A DNA stretch of 64,000 bases. It comes from Patescibacteria group bacterium (GTDB lineage: Bacteria > Patescibacteriota > Microgenomatia > Levybacterales > UBA12049). The position numbers were made by a program, and so were the translations under genes. The notes below the pieces were generated by a model, which searched no databases, was not told where the DNA came from, and saw nothing but the letters and a program-made list of their open reading frames with translations. This document shows, piece after piece, positions 1 to 9,818 of the stretch (position 1 is its first letter; each line of letters opens with the position of its first letter). The DNA is taken from the NCBI GenBank assembly GCA_038063415.1, contig JBBTVD010000020.1, positions 11,629 through 75,628 of the forward strand. The letters are read 5' to 3'.

Positions 1-395
1 ACACAAAGTTTTTTGGTGATCAAGATGGTGGAGAGAGAAATGCTTTCTCAGCTGCCAGAGATCGGTTGGAAGCACTTGCAGCAATGGACCCTGAAGAGCG
101 AGAATCACATCTAGTGGTAGTTGACAGAAAAGTTAAAGCGAAGCCAAAGAAGTATTCTGATAGTCAGTTGCTTGCTGAGTGGAGACGATTACAAGAAGGA
201 TTTGACGGGAGATCACCCTCACGAAGAGAGATGGAAGACCTCTATAGGCAGGGGGAAACTCCGTATAACGTCTTAGCTTATCAAAGGCGTTTTGGTACAA
301 GAGATGATGGGTCAACAAGCTTTTCTATGGCTCAGGCACATCTAGAAGCGCTAATAAACCAAGTGGGTGATGCTGGAGAGCAAGTTTTTCCGTAG
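1..395 (+). CDS. hypothetical protein, C-terminal part; the reading frame is open to the window start
   Basis: ORF 66..395 continues without a stop back to base 3 in the same frame. No recognisable motif. Confidence 0.3.
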   Translation, partial: TKFFGDQDGGERNAFSAARDRLEALAAMDPEERESHLVVVDRKVKAKPKKYSDSQLLAEWRRLQEGFDGRSPSRREMEDLYRQGETPYNVLAYQRRFGTRDDGSTSFSMAQAHLEALINQVGDAGEQVFP

Positions 396-438
396 CAACT
401 GTTGTGTTTTTGATATATTTTGATACAATTAGGTAACT

Positions 439-3306
439 ATGAATGAAAGAATCTTATCTTCGGATCTTTCTCGTGAGCGACCTAACAATATCGTTGTGCT
501 AGATGTTAATCAACTAATAGAAAGAAGCCCCACGTTTTTGGTTTTAGATGGAGAAATCCTGAATAAAATGAGAGGAAAAAAGTTTAATCCAAAGCGTTAT
601 GCTCGTGCTCTGCCTGAAGTTATTCGAATTGGTGATCCAAACAATACGGATGGGGAGGGCTTTCGGTATGAAATGCTTAATGGACATCATCGACTGGTAT
701 CAGCGCTTAGTTATAAAGTCCTGCATCCGGATTATGTAATTGAGGTACATGATAGTACTGATGATGTCCTCTCAGGTTATCCGGTACAAAGTGATATTGA
801 TGGAACTGAGGATCGTCTTACAAGACGTCCTGACCAAGAGCATCTTACCGAAGCACAACATTTTGCTGAATGTACTGATCCTGAAAGGGCACATCAGGAG
901 CTTGCCTCACCGCGAGTGGCGGCACAACTTTTGACTAAGTGGCCACGAATAGTTGGTGATGAGCTTGCTGAAGAATATACAGCATTAGCAGCATATCTTC
1001 GTATCGGTTGTGCTTTTTTAAGCCCACGTAATGCTACGGGTGTCTCTAAATTCCTTCAAGAAAGAGATCCGCAAGAACATGATAATCCTGCTGGAAGAAA
1101 GAGAAGATTCTTTGTCGGAGAGACCGATGAAAGAAGGGAAAAAATTGAAAAAGCATTAATCGGTATGGCTGAATCTATGGATAAAAGAAATGTAGCGTAC
1201 TCAGATGTACTTAAAGATTTATTTGCGTTTACAAGAGAAAGATTAGGGGAAAAAGATGTGCAAGATGTCCGTGATCAAGTTCGTGGATTTCTTGCATTTC
1301 CTGAAGTTAATGAAAAAATTGTCACGACAGCAACTGATGAGCAGGTTGTTTTAGACCGTCGTGTACAGTTAGGAGAGGTGTTGACTGCGGTGGTTCTGGA
1401 GGATATCGAGACAACTCGGGATATTCAAGCGCTGTATACAACACTTATAGATACAGACATCACGTATGCGCAAATGCTAACGATATTACATCCCCCACAA
1501 GTGGTAGATGGTAAAAAGAAAGAAACTATTAGAAAGCGATACGATGCGATGAAAAAAAAGATTGCAGTTGAGGCTCTGACTGTCGCCTATACAGAAGTGA
1601 GAGGAGATACTGTTAATGTTCTTGCTCCAGTAGAAGTTACGTTGCTCGATAAGCTTGCAGAAGCAGATACGCCTAACCGTCTTGTCGGTCCGCTTGCCGA
1701 GGCCGTTACCGTTTTTGCAGAAGCCGCGGTTGTTCCTGTGGGAGATGAGGCTTTGGATGCTGCTCGTGCTGCTTTACAAGGAGCCTCTACAAGAAATAAA
1801 CTAATCAAAAGAACGGAAGAACTTAGAGAACTGCTTGATGGACGAGAAGATGCCACTCCTGCCTCTACTGAGCTGGCAGCAGATCTGCCTGCCACAACAG
1901 TCTTTGAAAGTCAAAGCAAGTTCAATCTTGAAGAAATTACTGCATTTGTAAGAGGACTTTCAAAGCCATTATCAGCTGGTGATCGAGAGAGTCTAGAAGG
2001 GTTGCATGCGCTTATTAAAGAATGTCTTGCCGAGAGAGAGCCGGTTTCCGTAGCTGCTATGGTCGAGCCAACGAGTGAAACTGGAACTATTTTTACTGAA
2101 AGACCTAATCTCGAAGCTGTTGCAAATCTGATTAATACCCATGCCATAGAGCTTTTTGGAGATCAACTCGTCTCAAGAGTTCTCGATCTTGCTCAAAATA
2201 ATCAGGGACAGCGGGGAATTCAGTTAATAAAAAAAAATTATGCTCGAAGACTCAATTCTCTTGGGAGAATATTTAACGCTGCAAAGGATGATCCTCGGAT
2301 AAAGTATCTCAACGGCTGCTTTTATTTACGTGTCATAGATGAACACATTTCTGGTCGAGAGGTAGATTTAAAGAGAATGAAAACGGACATGCTTGTTCAG
2401 CTTGCATCTTTTGCAGGACAAGAAGAAAGTTTAGATGAAAATACGCAAGGGATTATTCAGGTAGCAGCAACTTTGACAGGCAAAGAATATAATAATTTTA
2501 CCTTAAGTGTTTCGGTAAGAGGCAGATCCTATAGTGATGAACTTGGAAAAAAGGCTAATTCTCCAGGAGTAGCAGAGCATGTGGAAAGAATCTATAGTAT
2601 GCCGCAAGAAAAAATGGAAGTTACAAAGCCGGAAGTAAGAGATGTTGGTTACGACAGAGAACGAGATGGGACACCAGGCTGGTTTTCTGGAATAGATATT
2701 TCTGATGAAGCAGACATGATGAAGGTTAATGCGATGATTTCTGAATCTATTCATGGAATGAATTTAGGTTCATTCGAAGAGCTTGTTGCATCAATACCAT
2801 CTGAATTTGTGGCAGTGAGCCTGACCAACTTTGCTGCTAAGTTGGCTGTTTTTGCCAAGACATGTGAATGGGGGAGAGCTGCTCCTCAATTCCAGTTTTT
2901 AGGAAGAATGTTTGCTCGTCGTCTCTTACAAGTGTATGCTCCTGATGAAACAGGGAAGATAGCTGCTATAGCAACTTCGCTTGCTAATTATAGAAAAAAT
3001 ACCTTTAGTGATAAAGATCAACGATATGCTGCCTTATTGGAATTCTTAGCATATATCGATCCTGATGATCCAGATTATGCTCATGCATATAATCATAATT
3101 TGAATAGTCCTTTTGAGGATAATCTTACTAAAGTAAAGCGATTCACCGGAGATGCACCTTGGCTAATCGCTAAAAGGGATATGGAACCGGTGAGAAAAGC
3201 AGAGGCTTTCAAACATACACAGTATCATGAAAATTTGCTATTAGAGCATTTTAAATTTGATGTTTTGGGTCTAGCTTCTAGAGAAGTGCCTGAGTCTATA
3301 GAGTAA
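439..3306 (+). CDS. large (955 aa) protein with an N-terminal ParB/Srx-like nuclease domain; remainder unknown
   Basis: The N-terminal ~100 aa contain 'FRYEMLNGHHRLVSALSYKV', resembling the ParB N-terminal domain core (DGHHR-type motif). There is no TM segment. A -10-like 'tacaat' sits just upstream. Confidence 0.5.
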   Translation: MNERILSSDLSRERPNNIVVLDVNQLIERSPTFLVLDGEILNKMRGKKFNPKRYARALPEVIRIGDPNNTDGEGFRYEMLNGHHRLVSALSYKVLHPDYVIEVHDSTDDVLSGYPVQSDIDGTEDRLTRRPDQEHLTEAQHFAECTDPERAHQELASPRVAAQLLTKWPRIVGDELAEEYTALAAYLRIGCAFLSPRNATGVSKFLQERDPQEHDNPAGRKRRFFVGETDERREKIEKALIGMAESMDKRNVAYSDVLKDLFAFTRERLGEKDVQDVRDQVRGFLAFPEVNEKIVTTATDEQVVLDRRVQLGEVLTAVVLEDIETTRDIQALYTTLIDTDITYAQMLTILHPPQVVDGKKKETIRKRYDAMKKKIAVEALTVAYTEVRGDTVNVLAPVEVTLLDKLAEADTPNRLVGPLAEAVTVFAEAAVVPVGDEALDAARAALQGASTRNKLIKRTEELRELLDGREDATPASTELAADLPATTVFESQSKFNLEEITAFVRGLSKPLSAGDRESLEGLHALIKECLAEREPVSVAAMVEPTSETGTIFTERPNLEAVANLINTHAIELFGDQLVSRVLDLAQNNQGQRGIQLIKKNYARRLNSLGRIFNAAKDDPRIKYLNGCFYLRVIDEHISGREVDLKRMKTDMLVQLASFAGQEESLDENTQGIIQVAATLTGKEYNNFTLSVSVRGRSYSDELGKKANSPGVAEHVERIYSMPQEKMEVTKPEVRDVGYDRERDGTPGWFSGIDISDEADMMKVNAMISESIHGMNLGSFEELVASIPSEFVAVSLTNFAAKLAVFAKTCEWGRAAPQFQFLGRMFARRLLQVYAPDETGKIAAIATSLANYRKNTFSDKDQRYAALLEFLAYIDPDDPDYAHAYNHNLNSPFEDNLTKVKRFTGDAPWLIAKRDMEPVRKAEAFKHTQYHENLLLEHFKFDVLGLASREVPESIE

Positions 3307-3308
3307 TG

Positions 3309-3524
3309 TTATTCGCCAGTTTTATGTTGAATGCCAAGAAGCCAGAGGACAGCTTCTTTTTTGTATCTTCGATCTCCACGAGAATTAGTGCGAATTGCAG
3401 GAAGCTTTCCTCGCTTTCCCCAGCGTTTGATAGTAAGGGGGGAGACATAGAGACTTTTTGTGTTGCCATAATTTTTGCTTATAATGTCAAGAATGAAAAC
3501 TAGCCCTGATGTCAGTGTGAGCAT
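3309..3524 (-). pseudogene. truncated, divergent copy of the excisionase-family HTH gene (C-terminal two-thirds only)
   Basis: The C-terminal 45 aa ('PLTIKRWGKRGKLPAIRTNSRGDRRYKKEAVLWLLGIQHK') are nearly identical to the 4248..4490 gene. The N-terminal HTH helix is replaced by unrelated sequence. It lies in the ~127-bp direct repeat 3320..3446 / 4262..4388. Confidence 0.4.
3320..3446. repeat. direct repeat copy 1 (~88% identical to 4262..4388)
   Basis: Manual alignment shows 46 identical nt followed by scattered mismatches. Confidence 0.7.
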
Positions 3525-3563
3525 TCATTGACAGTGTTATGAGAAAAAGTTTATCATCAGCAT

Positions 3564-4247
3564 ATGGCAAAAGAGGGAGAAATGATTCATGAAGAAGAGC
3601 GTACTTTACAGTCGCTTCCATCGGAAGTGCTTGTGCCAAGTATTACGCTTATTGATACCGTGGCTCGGTTAGTTGCTGCTAGAAGAAAAAGAGAGGACTC
3701 ACTCATCTCTTCAGATACTTCACCCCTACCTTTGCCAGTGCGTTTAGATGACCCTGAAAGTTTAGATAGATTTAATTTTTATTACCATTACCCCGCTTAC
3801 GATAATGATAAGGAAGTTATCGAAGACAATACCGAGGTAGCCGAGAAAAGGAAGCGTGATAATAATCTTGCGAAGCTTACAGCGATGAGAGAAGTAGTCC
3901 CTGGGTTGATAAGAGATCCCCGAGCGTATCTTTTGGGACATGCAGATTCAGTTAAGCCAGATCTGAAACAAAGAACTGCTAATTTGCTCGCAGGTTTTTC
4001 TGATGAAGCACTTGCTGATCGATACAGCGCAGCTGGTGAGTTAGAAGCTGTTGGTGTTTTGGGCAGTGCTGTGTATGATCTTGATGGAAAAACCTTTGCT
4101 CGGTTGGAAGCTAATGTCGCGAGCGCACATGCAGCCCTAACTCTTGAAGAAAAGAGAATTACTCCTGTCCGTACCCGCGATACTTTATTAGGAGGTCTAG
4201 TACGTAGATCTTTGAGGAGATTACCTCGAAGAAGAACAAGGCCTTGA
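3564..4247 (+). CDS. hypothetical protein (227 aa)
   Basis: Complete ORF between the two HTH gene copies. No recognisable domain. Arg-rich C-terminus. Confidence 0.4.
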   Translation: MAKEGEMIHEEERTLQSLPSEVLVPSITLIDTVARLVAARRKREDSLISSDTSPLPLPVRLDDPESLDRFNFYYHYPAYDNDKEVIEDNTEVAEKRKRDNNLAKLTAMREVVPGLIRDPRAYLLGHADSVKPDLKQRTANLLAGFSDEALADRYSAAGELEAVGVLGSAVYDLDGKTFARLEANVASAHAALTLEEKRITPVRTRDTLLGGLVRRSLRRLPRRRTRP

Positions 4248-4490
4248 TTACATCTCTGTGCTTTTATGTTGAATGCCAAGAAGCCAGAGGACAGCTTCTT
4301 TTTTGTAGCGGCGATCTCCACGAGAATTAATGCGAATTGCAGGAAGCTTTCCTCTTTTGCCCCAGCGTTTTATCGTAAGTGGAGAAACGCGGAGAATCTC
4401 TGCAACTTCCCGAACAGTCAACAGGTCTGGAAGGTCAGCAATACTTACTGAGGGTTTATTATTTTTTAGGGTGGTCATAGAAGGAATCAA
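4248..4490 (-). CDS. excisionase/MerR-like helix-turn-helix DNA-binding protein (HTH_17 type)
   Basis: 'LLTVREVAEILRVSPLTIKRWGKRGKLPAIRINSRGDRRYKKEAV' is a typical excisionase-family HTH domain. The protein is 80 aa. Confidence 0.6.
   Translation of the reverse strand: MIPSMTTLKNNKPSVSIADLPDLLTVREVAEILRVSPLTIKRWGKRGKLPAIRINSRGDRRYKKEAVLWLLGIQHKSTEM
4262..4388. repeat. direct repeat copy 2 (pairs with 3320..3446)
   Basis: See copy 1. Confidence 0.7.
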
Positions 4491-4551
4491 TATGATATAT
4501 AACTATATATACAGTAACAAACTAATACATGCTTTGTCAATGGGTTAAATA

Positions 4552-6366
4552 TTATTTCGAACAGGGGACATTGGCAAATCCTTTCGTAGCACTGGTAACG
4601 GTATTATTACATGAAATGATATTGCCTGTGACATTATTTTGCACCCAGAATCCATTTCCTTTGACATTGCTTATCGTATTGTACGTAAAAGTATTTTTGT
4701 TGCCCCAGCCAGGGTAGACACCATGAATCTGATAGCCGTCAAGCAAAGCATTGCTTCCTTTGTTTTCTGTAATCAGCCAATTATTACCTTTGATATCTAC
4801 CCACGAGTCAGCAAAGTTTGTCCCGGCAATTCCAGCATTATCAAAGGTATTTCCTCGGATGATCCCATCTTTGGTTCCTTCTTTGATATCGATACCTTCA
4901 CCTGCGGTGTAACTAACGGTATTTCCAAGGATGTAGTTCCTGTTTGATTCATCTATCTTGCCACCAGTATACGTTGCCCAGTTACTATTGGCGCTCCCGA
5001 CATAAATACCTTCGCCATAGCCGTTATCAAGCGCTCCTGTTCGTTTGTCTTCACCGGTATGATGCACATAGCTGTTTCTAATGACATTATCACTTGAAAA
5101 AGATCGGAAATGGACACCTTCGTCACGAATATTGCGGACTTCAACGCCATCAAGAATATTGTGGTTTGAACCGTCAAGCATAATGCCTTTCTTTGCATTA
5201 AAGACCGTAAAGCCTTTGAGCTGTATATAATTTGCATTGAACAGATGTAATCCATAGTCATTATCTCCATCAATGAGTGCTTTTCTGGTTCCCTGGAGAA
5301 TAATTGGTAGTGCTGAGGTTCCTGATTGGCTGAGTCTAAAAGCTGCTGAAACGTTTTGTTTGCCAATCACAACAGAGGCACTTTTTGTTTTGTAGGTACC
5401 ATCAGCCATAGTAATAACATCTCCTGGTTTTGCATCTGCAAGTGCTGCTGTCAGCTGAGCTGCAGTCGCAACAGTGATAGTTCGTGCACCACCTGATGAA
5501 AGCGGTGGGGTTGTTGGGATAACGACAGTAGTTGTTGGTGAAGGTTGTTGGACTGGGGGTTGTGTGGCTGTAGCAGCAGCAGTCGGCTGTGTAAAGGCGG
5601 TTGGACTTACTGATGGTATGGTCACGGCAGTATTTGCTGTTTCAATAACAATAACAGGAGCATTGGAACTTTCTTTTGATGAGATATAGAGATTATTATT
5701 ATTTTCAGGAGTCGCATCTATGGCAAAGCTTATGACCTTTCCAGCATTTTCGGCAACATAGTTGGTAATATCAATATCTTTCCAGGTATTTTTCTTCGTA
5801 TCGCTAATGCTAGCAATAGTCCTTGGACCGACAGCAGGTTTATTTGTTGCGTTTATAGCTAACTCAGTCCAGTTACTAGCAACAACTTCTTTAATTGTTT
5901 GGGTATCTTTTGAATCATTGGTTATATAGAGGCGAAGCGTTGCTTTGGTAAGTGGCTTATTTGCCAGTTGTGCTAGATTAAATTTGAGATAGGTAATTTT
6001 GTCTTCATCTATCTTATTTTCATTTTTATCGCCGTAGTTTTTATCAGTACTTGATTGGCTCACATGGGTATCTTCAAGGACTGGGATAGTGATGCCTGTG
6101 GTATTTGCTTTACTGCTAAGTTCTGTTGTTTGTCTGGCCAGCCAAACAGCCGTACCGGTAGTAGTTACCAGTAATGTAATCGCAATAACCAGAAAAAAAG
6201 AATATTTGTGTGGAGTTTTCCTCTTCGTTATATGATGCTGCGTTTTCGTTCCTTGAGCAGTTGTGTCTGATTTTATTTCTTTTTCCATATGCTCTCTTTC
6301 CTTATTAATACTGAAGTTTTTACAAAAAGTTGTCAAGTAGGAATAGGGGCACTTATCCCTTGGCAA
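4552..6366 (-). CDS. membrane-anchored secreted protein with a right-handed parallel beta-helix (pectate-lyase-like) domain and a Pro/Thr-rich linker
   Basis: N-terminal TM 'FFLVIAITLLVTTTGTAVWL', a linker 'PTAFTQPTAAATATQPPVQQPSPTTTVVIPTTPP', and C-terminal repeats rich in N/G/D typical of beta-helix proteins. It shares a ~110-aa module with the 10913..12004 protein. Confidence 0.55.
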   Translation of the reverse strand: MPRDKCPYSYLTTFCKNFSINKEREHMEKEIKSDTTAQGTKTQHHITKRKTPHKYSFFLVIAITLLVTTTGTAVWLARQTTELSSKANTTGITIPVLEDTHVSQSSTDKNYGDKNENKIDEDKITYLKFNLAQLANKPLTKATLRLYITNDSKDTQTIKEVVASNWTELAINATNKPAVGPRTIASISDTKKNTWKDIDITNYVAENAGKVISFAIDATPENNNNLYISSKESSNAPVIVIETANTAVTIPSVSPTAFTQPTAAATATQPPVQQPSPTTTVVIPTTPPLSSGGARTITVATAAQLTAALADAKPGDVITMADGTYKTKSASVVIGKQNVSAAFRLSQSGTSALPIILQGTRKALIDGDNDYGLHLFNANYIQLKGFTVFNAKKGIMLDGSNHNILDGVEVRNIRDEGVHFRSFSSDNVIRNSYVHHTGEDKRTGALDNGYGEGIYVGSANSNWATYTGGKIDESNRNYILGNTVSYTAGEGIDIKEGTKDGIIRGNTFDNAGIAGTNFADSWVDIKGNNWLITENKGSNALLDGYQIHGVYPGWGNKNTFTYNTISNVKGNGFWVQNNVTGNIISCNNTVTSATKGFANVPCSK

Positions 6367-6394
6367 CGTAACATATATAGGCTATAATAGCCTC

Positions 6395-7239
6395 ATGATA
6401 TTAAAAGAATTTTTAGCTAAATATTCATCAAGCGAGGCATGTTTGCAGAAGATTATGTCTATACGGTTTGGGTTCAAGCCGTATTGTGGTGAATGCAAAC
6501 GAAGGCGATCATTTAAGAAGATGAAAGATCGTCCAGTATATCAATGCGGTGGTGGTCATCAAGTGAGTCCACTTGCGGGAACTGTGTTTGAGAAGACAAC
6601 AACCCCATTACAATACTGGTTCTATGCAATGTGGCTTATGACTGCTACCCGTGGCGGTATTTCTGCTAAACAACTAGAGCGAGAGCTAGGAGTAACATAC
6701 AAAACCGCATGGAGAATGATGAAGCAAATCCGTATTCTGATGGGTAAAAGAGATGGAAGAAAGCTTAACGGTGTGGTTGAGGTGGACGAATCATTTTTTG
6801 GCGGGAGGGGTACAAATAGAAAATATGTCCCTCATTTCAACGAGAAACCAAAAGATATTATTATGGAATGATTGAAAGAGATGGACAAGTTATCATGAAA
6901 AAGATCGAAACAACTGGAAGACGTGCATTATGGGAACAATTAGAGAGACACGTTGACCCGACTGCCACAGTCATGACTGATCAATATATTGGCTATAAGA
7001 ATATTTACCAAATGGGATACGAGCATCATGCAGTAGATCACGGTAAGACCTATGTTGTCGGCAAGACGCACACAAATAATGTTGAAGGACTTTGGGGACG
7101 GATTAAGCCTGGTATTAAAGGTGTTTATCGCAAGGTCAGTTCAAAATATATTGAAAGCTACATGGATGAGTATTGCTTCCGTTATAACAATCGTAAGACA
7201 CCGAATCAAATGTTTGATTTGTTGTTGACTAAAGTCTAA
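6395..7239 (+). mobile_element. IS1595-family insertion sequence, transposase region; element ends not defined
   Basis: orfA (6395..6871) has the zinc-ribbon/HTH N-terminal part ('CGECKRRRS...CGGGH', 'VEVDESFFGGRGT'). orfB (6868..7239) has the ISXO2-like DDE part ('MIERDGQV...TDQYIGY...HTNNVEGLWGRIK'). Together they correspond to one IS1595-type transposase. Confidence 0.7.
6395..7239 (+). pseudogene. IS1595-family transposase disrupted by a 1-nt frameshift at ~6862-6870
   Basis: The sequence 'atggaatgattgaaagag' would read 'M G M I E R' (the conserved GxxERxG region) if it were 'atgggaatg...'. A single missing G splits the gene into 158-aa and 123-aa ORFs. Confidence 0.55.
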
Positions 7240-7301
7240 TGATAGTGTTTGTATTCTTGACTAGTAATTAGCCATGAGATACAGTATAATCATACCCCGA
7301 T

Positions 7302-7571
7302 ATGGCAATTAATCAAATTACTGAAAAAAAAGAAATAATCCCCTCTGAGGGGAAAATATATCTCGAAATAGATAATGGAGACTTGAAAGCTCTTAATCTT
7401 ATAAAAACAATTTTCCGTTTCAAAGATTTTGAAGGTATTCTTCGTTTTGCTTTAGTTATCTTATTGAGAGCAGATAATAATACCATCTATATTGACGAAA
7501 AAGGTAAGAGAGTTAAAATTACGCCTACGGAAGAGGTTACAGAATCAAAAAATGATCCTGAAACTTCTTAA
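7302..7571 (+). CDS. hypothetical small protein (89 aa)
   Basis: ORF only. Confidence 0.3.
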   Translation: MAINQITEKKEIIPSEGKIYLEIDNGDLKALNLIKTIFRFKDFEGILRFALVILLRADNNTIYIDEKGKRVKITPTEEVTESKNDPETS

Positions 7572-7573
7572 TA

Positions 7574-7909
7574 ATGGGACGAACACCAGCAGTAAAAATA
7601 GAAATACCAGAAGAACTTAGAAGTGCAGCAAAAACTGAGGCTGTAGATGCTTTAAGTGAAAAAGTAGATAAATGTTTTTCGGAAGATAGATTTGAGCATT
7701 TTCAGAAAAAAGTTAGGTCAATTGTGCTTGACACAATGGGACATGAAGACGGAATTGCAAAAATCAAAAAATATGGTAAAGAATCAGCAAAGGAATATTC
7801 CGAGGAAAATGGTAAAGAAAAAAGAAACTTCTGGACACCTAATGGTATTTCAATAATCGGGATTTTAGTAGGAATTGTCGCAGTGCTTGTCGCAATCCTT
7901 AAGCCTTAA
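7574..7909 (+). CDS. hypothetical small protein with a C-terminal TM helix (111 aa)
   Basis: ORF with C-terminal 'ISIIGILVGIVAVLVAIL'. Confidence 0.35.
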   Translation: MGRTPAVKIEIPEELRSAAKTEAVDALSEKVDKCFSEDRFEHFQKKVRSIVLDTMGHEDGIAKIKKYGKESAKEYSEENGKEKRNFWTPNGISIIGILVGIVAVLVAILKP

Positions 7910-8619
7910 TTACTTCTTCTTATCAAATGCCTCATGCTTCGTTGACTCTTTTACTAACTTCCCAAATTCTTTTTCGTCAACCTCTGCATTCTCAATCACC
8001 TTGTGTAACTCTTTGTCTTCTGGATGCTCTTGATGTAGTTTCTGTATCTGCTTCAATGTGAGGTTCTTCATGCCTTCATTTTACCACAAACCAACTAGTT
8101 TCATAAGAATAGCTGCACCAATAATTAATGGTGCGATATCGCAGGTTTTTGTATAGAAAATCTTTAGTCCAGTTACTAAAACTGTACTCCATTTTTCAGC
8201 ACGCAATTGCATATATAACTTGTTTAAGTTACAATAACTTTTAGTAAATATCTTCATATGATCTGGGTCGGTTAGCGCCGACCTTTGTCGTTTTAAGTCT
8301 TCATAAATTTCAAGTAAGTACCCCAAATACCAAAAAAGACACCTCACTCGTGGACAAAAATGTCCTAAAGATCGGTGTCCGCATCGTGCTAGTTGCCTAA
8401 GATCGGTACATCTGGCTCAATCTGCTCTCACAGATTAGTTACCATCATTGTATGCTTTTGGGGTGGGAAATACAAGGTAGCTTCTCGTGGCTAGGTGATT
8501 ACGTGGTGTGGGGATATATGCCGGAATAGGAGGTGGATAAAAAGACAAAAAAATAGTATCGAGCACTTATGACGTTTCACTGGGAAACATAATCAGTAAA
8601 TACCGGATACTATTTTTTG

Positions 8620-9009
8620 TTACTTGAGTTCTACTGTAGCACCTGCTGCAGTGAGTTTCTCTTTAGCTTCTTCAGCGGTCTTTTTGTTGACCTGTGTCAA
8701 AACCTCTTTTGGTGCCGCATCAACTAAATCTTTCGCTTCTTTCAGACCCAATGTTGGGGCGAGTTCACGAAGAGCTTTAATAACTGCGATTTTTTGTGCA
8801 CCTGCTGATGCAATAACAACGTTGAAGACTGTCTGTTCTTCTTTTGGTTCTTCATCTACTGCTGCACCGACTGCGGGAGCTGCTGCTACCATAGTTGCTG
8901 CTGCTGAAACACCAAATTTTTCTTCGAGAGCTTTCACCAATTCTGAAAGTTCAAGAACGGACATTTCTTCGATTGCTTGCATTAATTCTTCTTTTGTCAA
9001 TTTTGCCAT
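8620..9009 (-). CDS. rplL: 50S ribosomal protein L7/L12
   Basis: '[34 protein letters not shown]...[13 protein letters not shown]' is the canonical L7/L12. Confidence 0.95.
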   Translation of the reverse strand: MAKLTKEELMQAIEEMSVLELSELVKALEEKFGVSAAATMVAAAPAVGAAVDEEPKEEQTVFNVVIASAGAQKIAVIKALRELAPTLGLKEAKDLVDAAPKEVLTQVNKKTAEEAKEKLTAAGATVELK

Positions 9010-9024
9010 AAACTTTCACCCCCT

Positions 9025-9567
9025 TTACGCTTTTTTATCTTTGATTGCGTTTAGTGTCAAAACAAGTTGTTGTAAATTCCAATTAAGTGCGCGGTGTAAA
9101 CCTGAGATAGGTGCTTTCATTTGTCCAAGTAATTGTGCCCGCAGGACTGGCAATGGGGCAATTTGTGAAAGTTTTACTACTTGTTGGTCAGAAATAATGG
9201 TATTTTCCAGAACACCAAATTTAATAACAGGAAGTTTTAATTCCTTGATCGTTTTTGCAAGTAACTTAAGTGGTGCAACAACGTCGTTGTATAAAAAGAT
9301 CGTTCCAGTTGGTTGCTTAAGTTTTGCTTTATCTTCGTCAGATAGGCCTTTTTCTGCAAGTGCGCGGAGTAACAGGGTATTTTTTGTTGCAACATATTCA
9401 GCATCGTTTGCTTTCATTGCCTTTTTGACACCTTCAATTTGTTGATGCGTAAGCCCTGTATAGTTAGTAAAAACAATCGCTTTCGCTTTTGCTACTTTTT
9501 CAAGAAATTTTTCAACAAGAACTTCCTTTTTTTGTCTATTTTGACTGGTAATTGTGTAACTATCCAT
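9025..9567 (-). CDS. rplJ: 50S ribosomal protein L10
   Basis: A 180-aa L10-like sequence immediately upstream of rplL on the same strand. Confidence 0.9.
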   Translation of the reverse strand: MDSYTITSQNRQKKEVLVEKFLEKVAKAKAIVFTNYTGLTHQQIEGVKKAMKANDAEYVATKNTLLLRALAEKGLSDEDKAKLKQPTGTIFLYNDVVAPLKLLAKTIKELKLPVIKFGVLENTIISDQQVVKLSQIAPLPVLRAQLLGQMKAPISGLHRALNWNLQQLVLTLNAIKDKKA

Positions 9568-9670
9568 AATTTTTAACGCTCATAACGAATTTTTTCTTGC
9601 TCTCAACGCGATCAGTACTTTATTTTTACTAGCTTCTCTTACTCGCTTTCCTTCTTATTCTATCCAAGAA

Positions 9671-9696
9671 ACAAAAAAACGCTCTCAAGGAGCGTT
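9671..9696 (-). terminator. rho-independent terminator-like hairpin (stem aacgctc/gagcgtt, 5-nt loop, then a U-run on the minus strand)
   Basis: Plus-strand sequence 'acaaaaaaacgctctcaaggagcgtt'. On the minus strand the hairpin is followed by 7 T. It lies between the IS481 copy and rplJ, in the L10 leader region. Confidence 0.5.
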
Positions 9697-9818
9697 ATAA
9701 ACACTTTCAGATGTCTGAAAGTAACATGTCGTGCTCCTCGGTAGGACTTATCAATGCCTACTTTCTTTGGATACAACTATTATAGCAGTGAATAGGTTAC
9801 CTGTCAAGAAAATGTCCT

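Noticed and set aside
1587-2147. Minus-strand ORFs (102 and 78 aa) inside the 955-aa gene
   Set aside because: They are antisense shadow ORFs with Ser/Ala-rich translations. The plus-strand gene is long and continuous.
6338-7300. Terminal inverted repeats for the IS1595 copy
   Set aside because: Comparison of ~60 bp on each side showed no convincing match, so the element boundaries are left undefined. A 7-1-7 palindrome 'aggctataatagcct' at 6381-6395 overlaps the start codon region and is probably promoter or RBS related.
7910-8071. 53-aa minus-strand ORF 'MKNLTLKQIQKLHQEHPEDKELHKVIENAEVDEKEFGKLVKESTKHEAFDKKK'
   Set aside because: It is a plausible small protein but has no supporting evidence (no clear RBS, no homology). 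It overlaps the stop of the 7574..7909 gene by a few bases, so it is not reported as a feature.
8624-9445. 273-aa plus-strand ORF
   Set aside because: It lies antisense to rplL and rplJ, which are unambiguous. Its low-complexity Ser/Ala-rich translation is typical of a shadow ORF.
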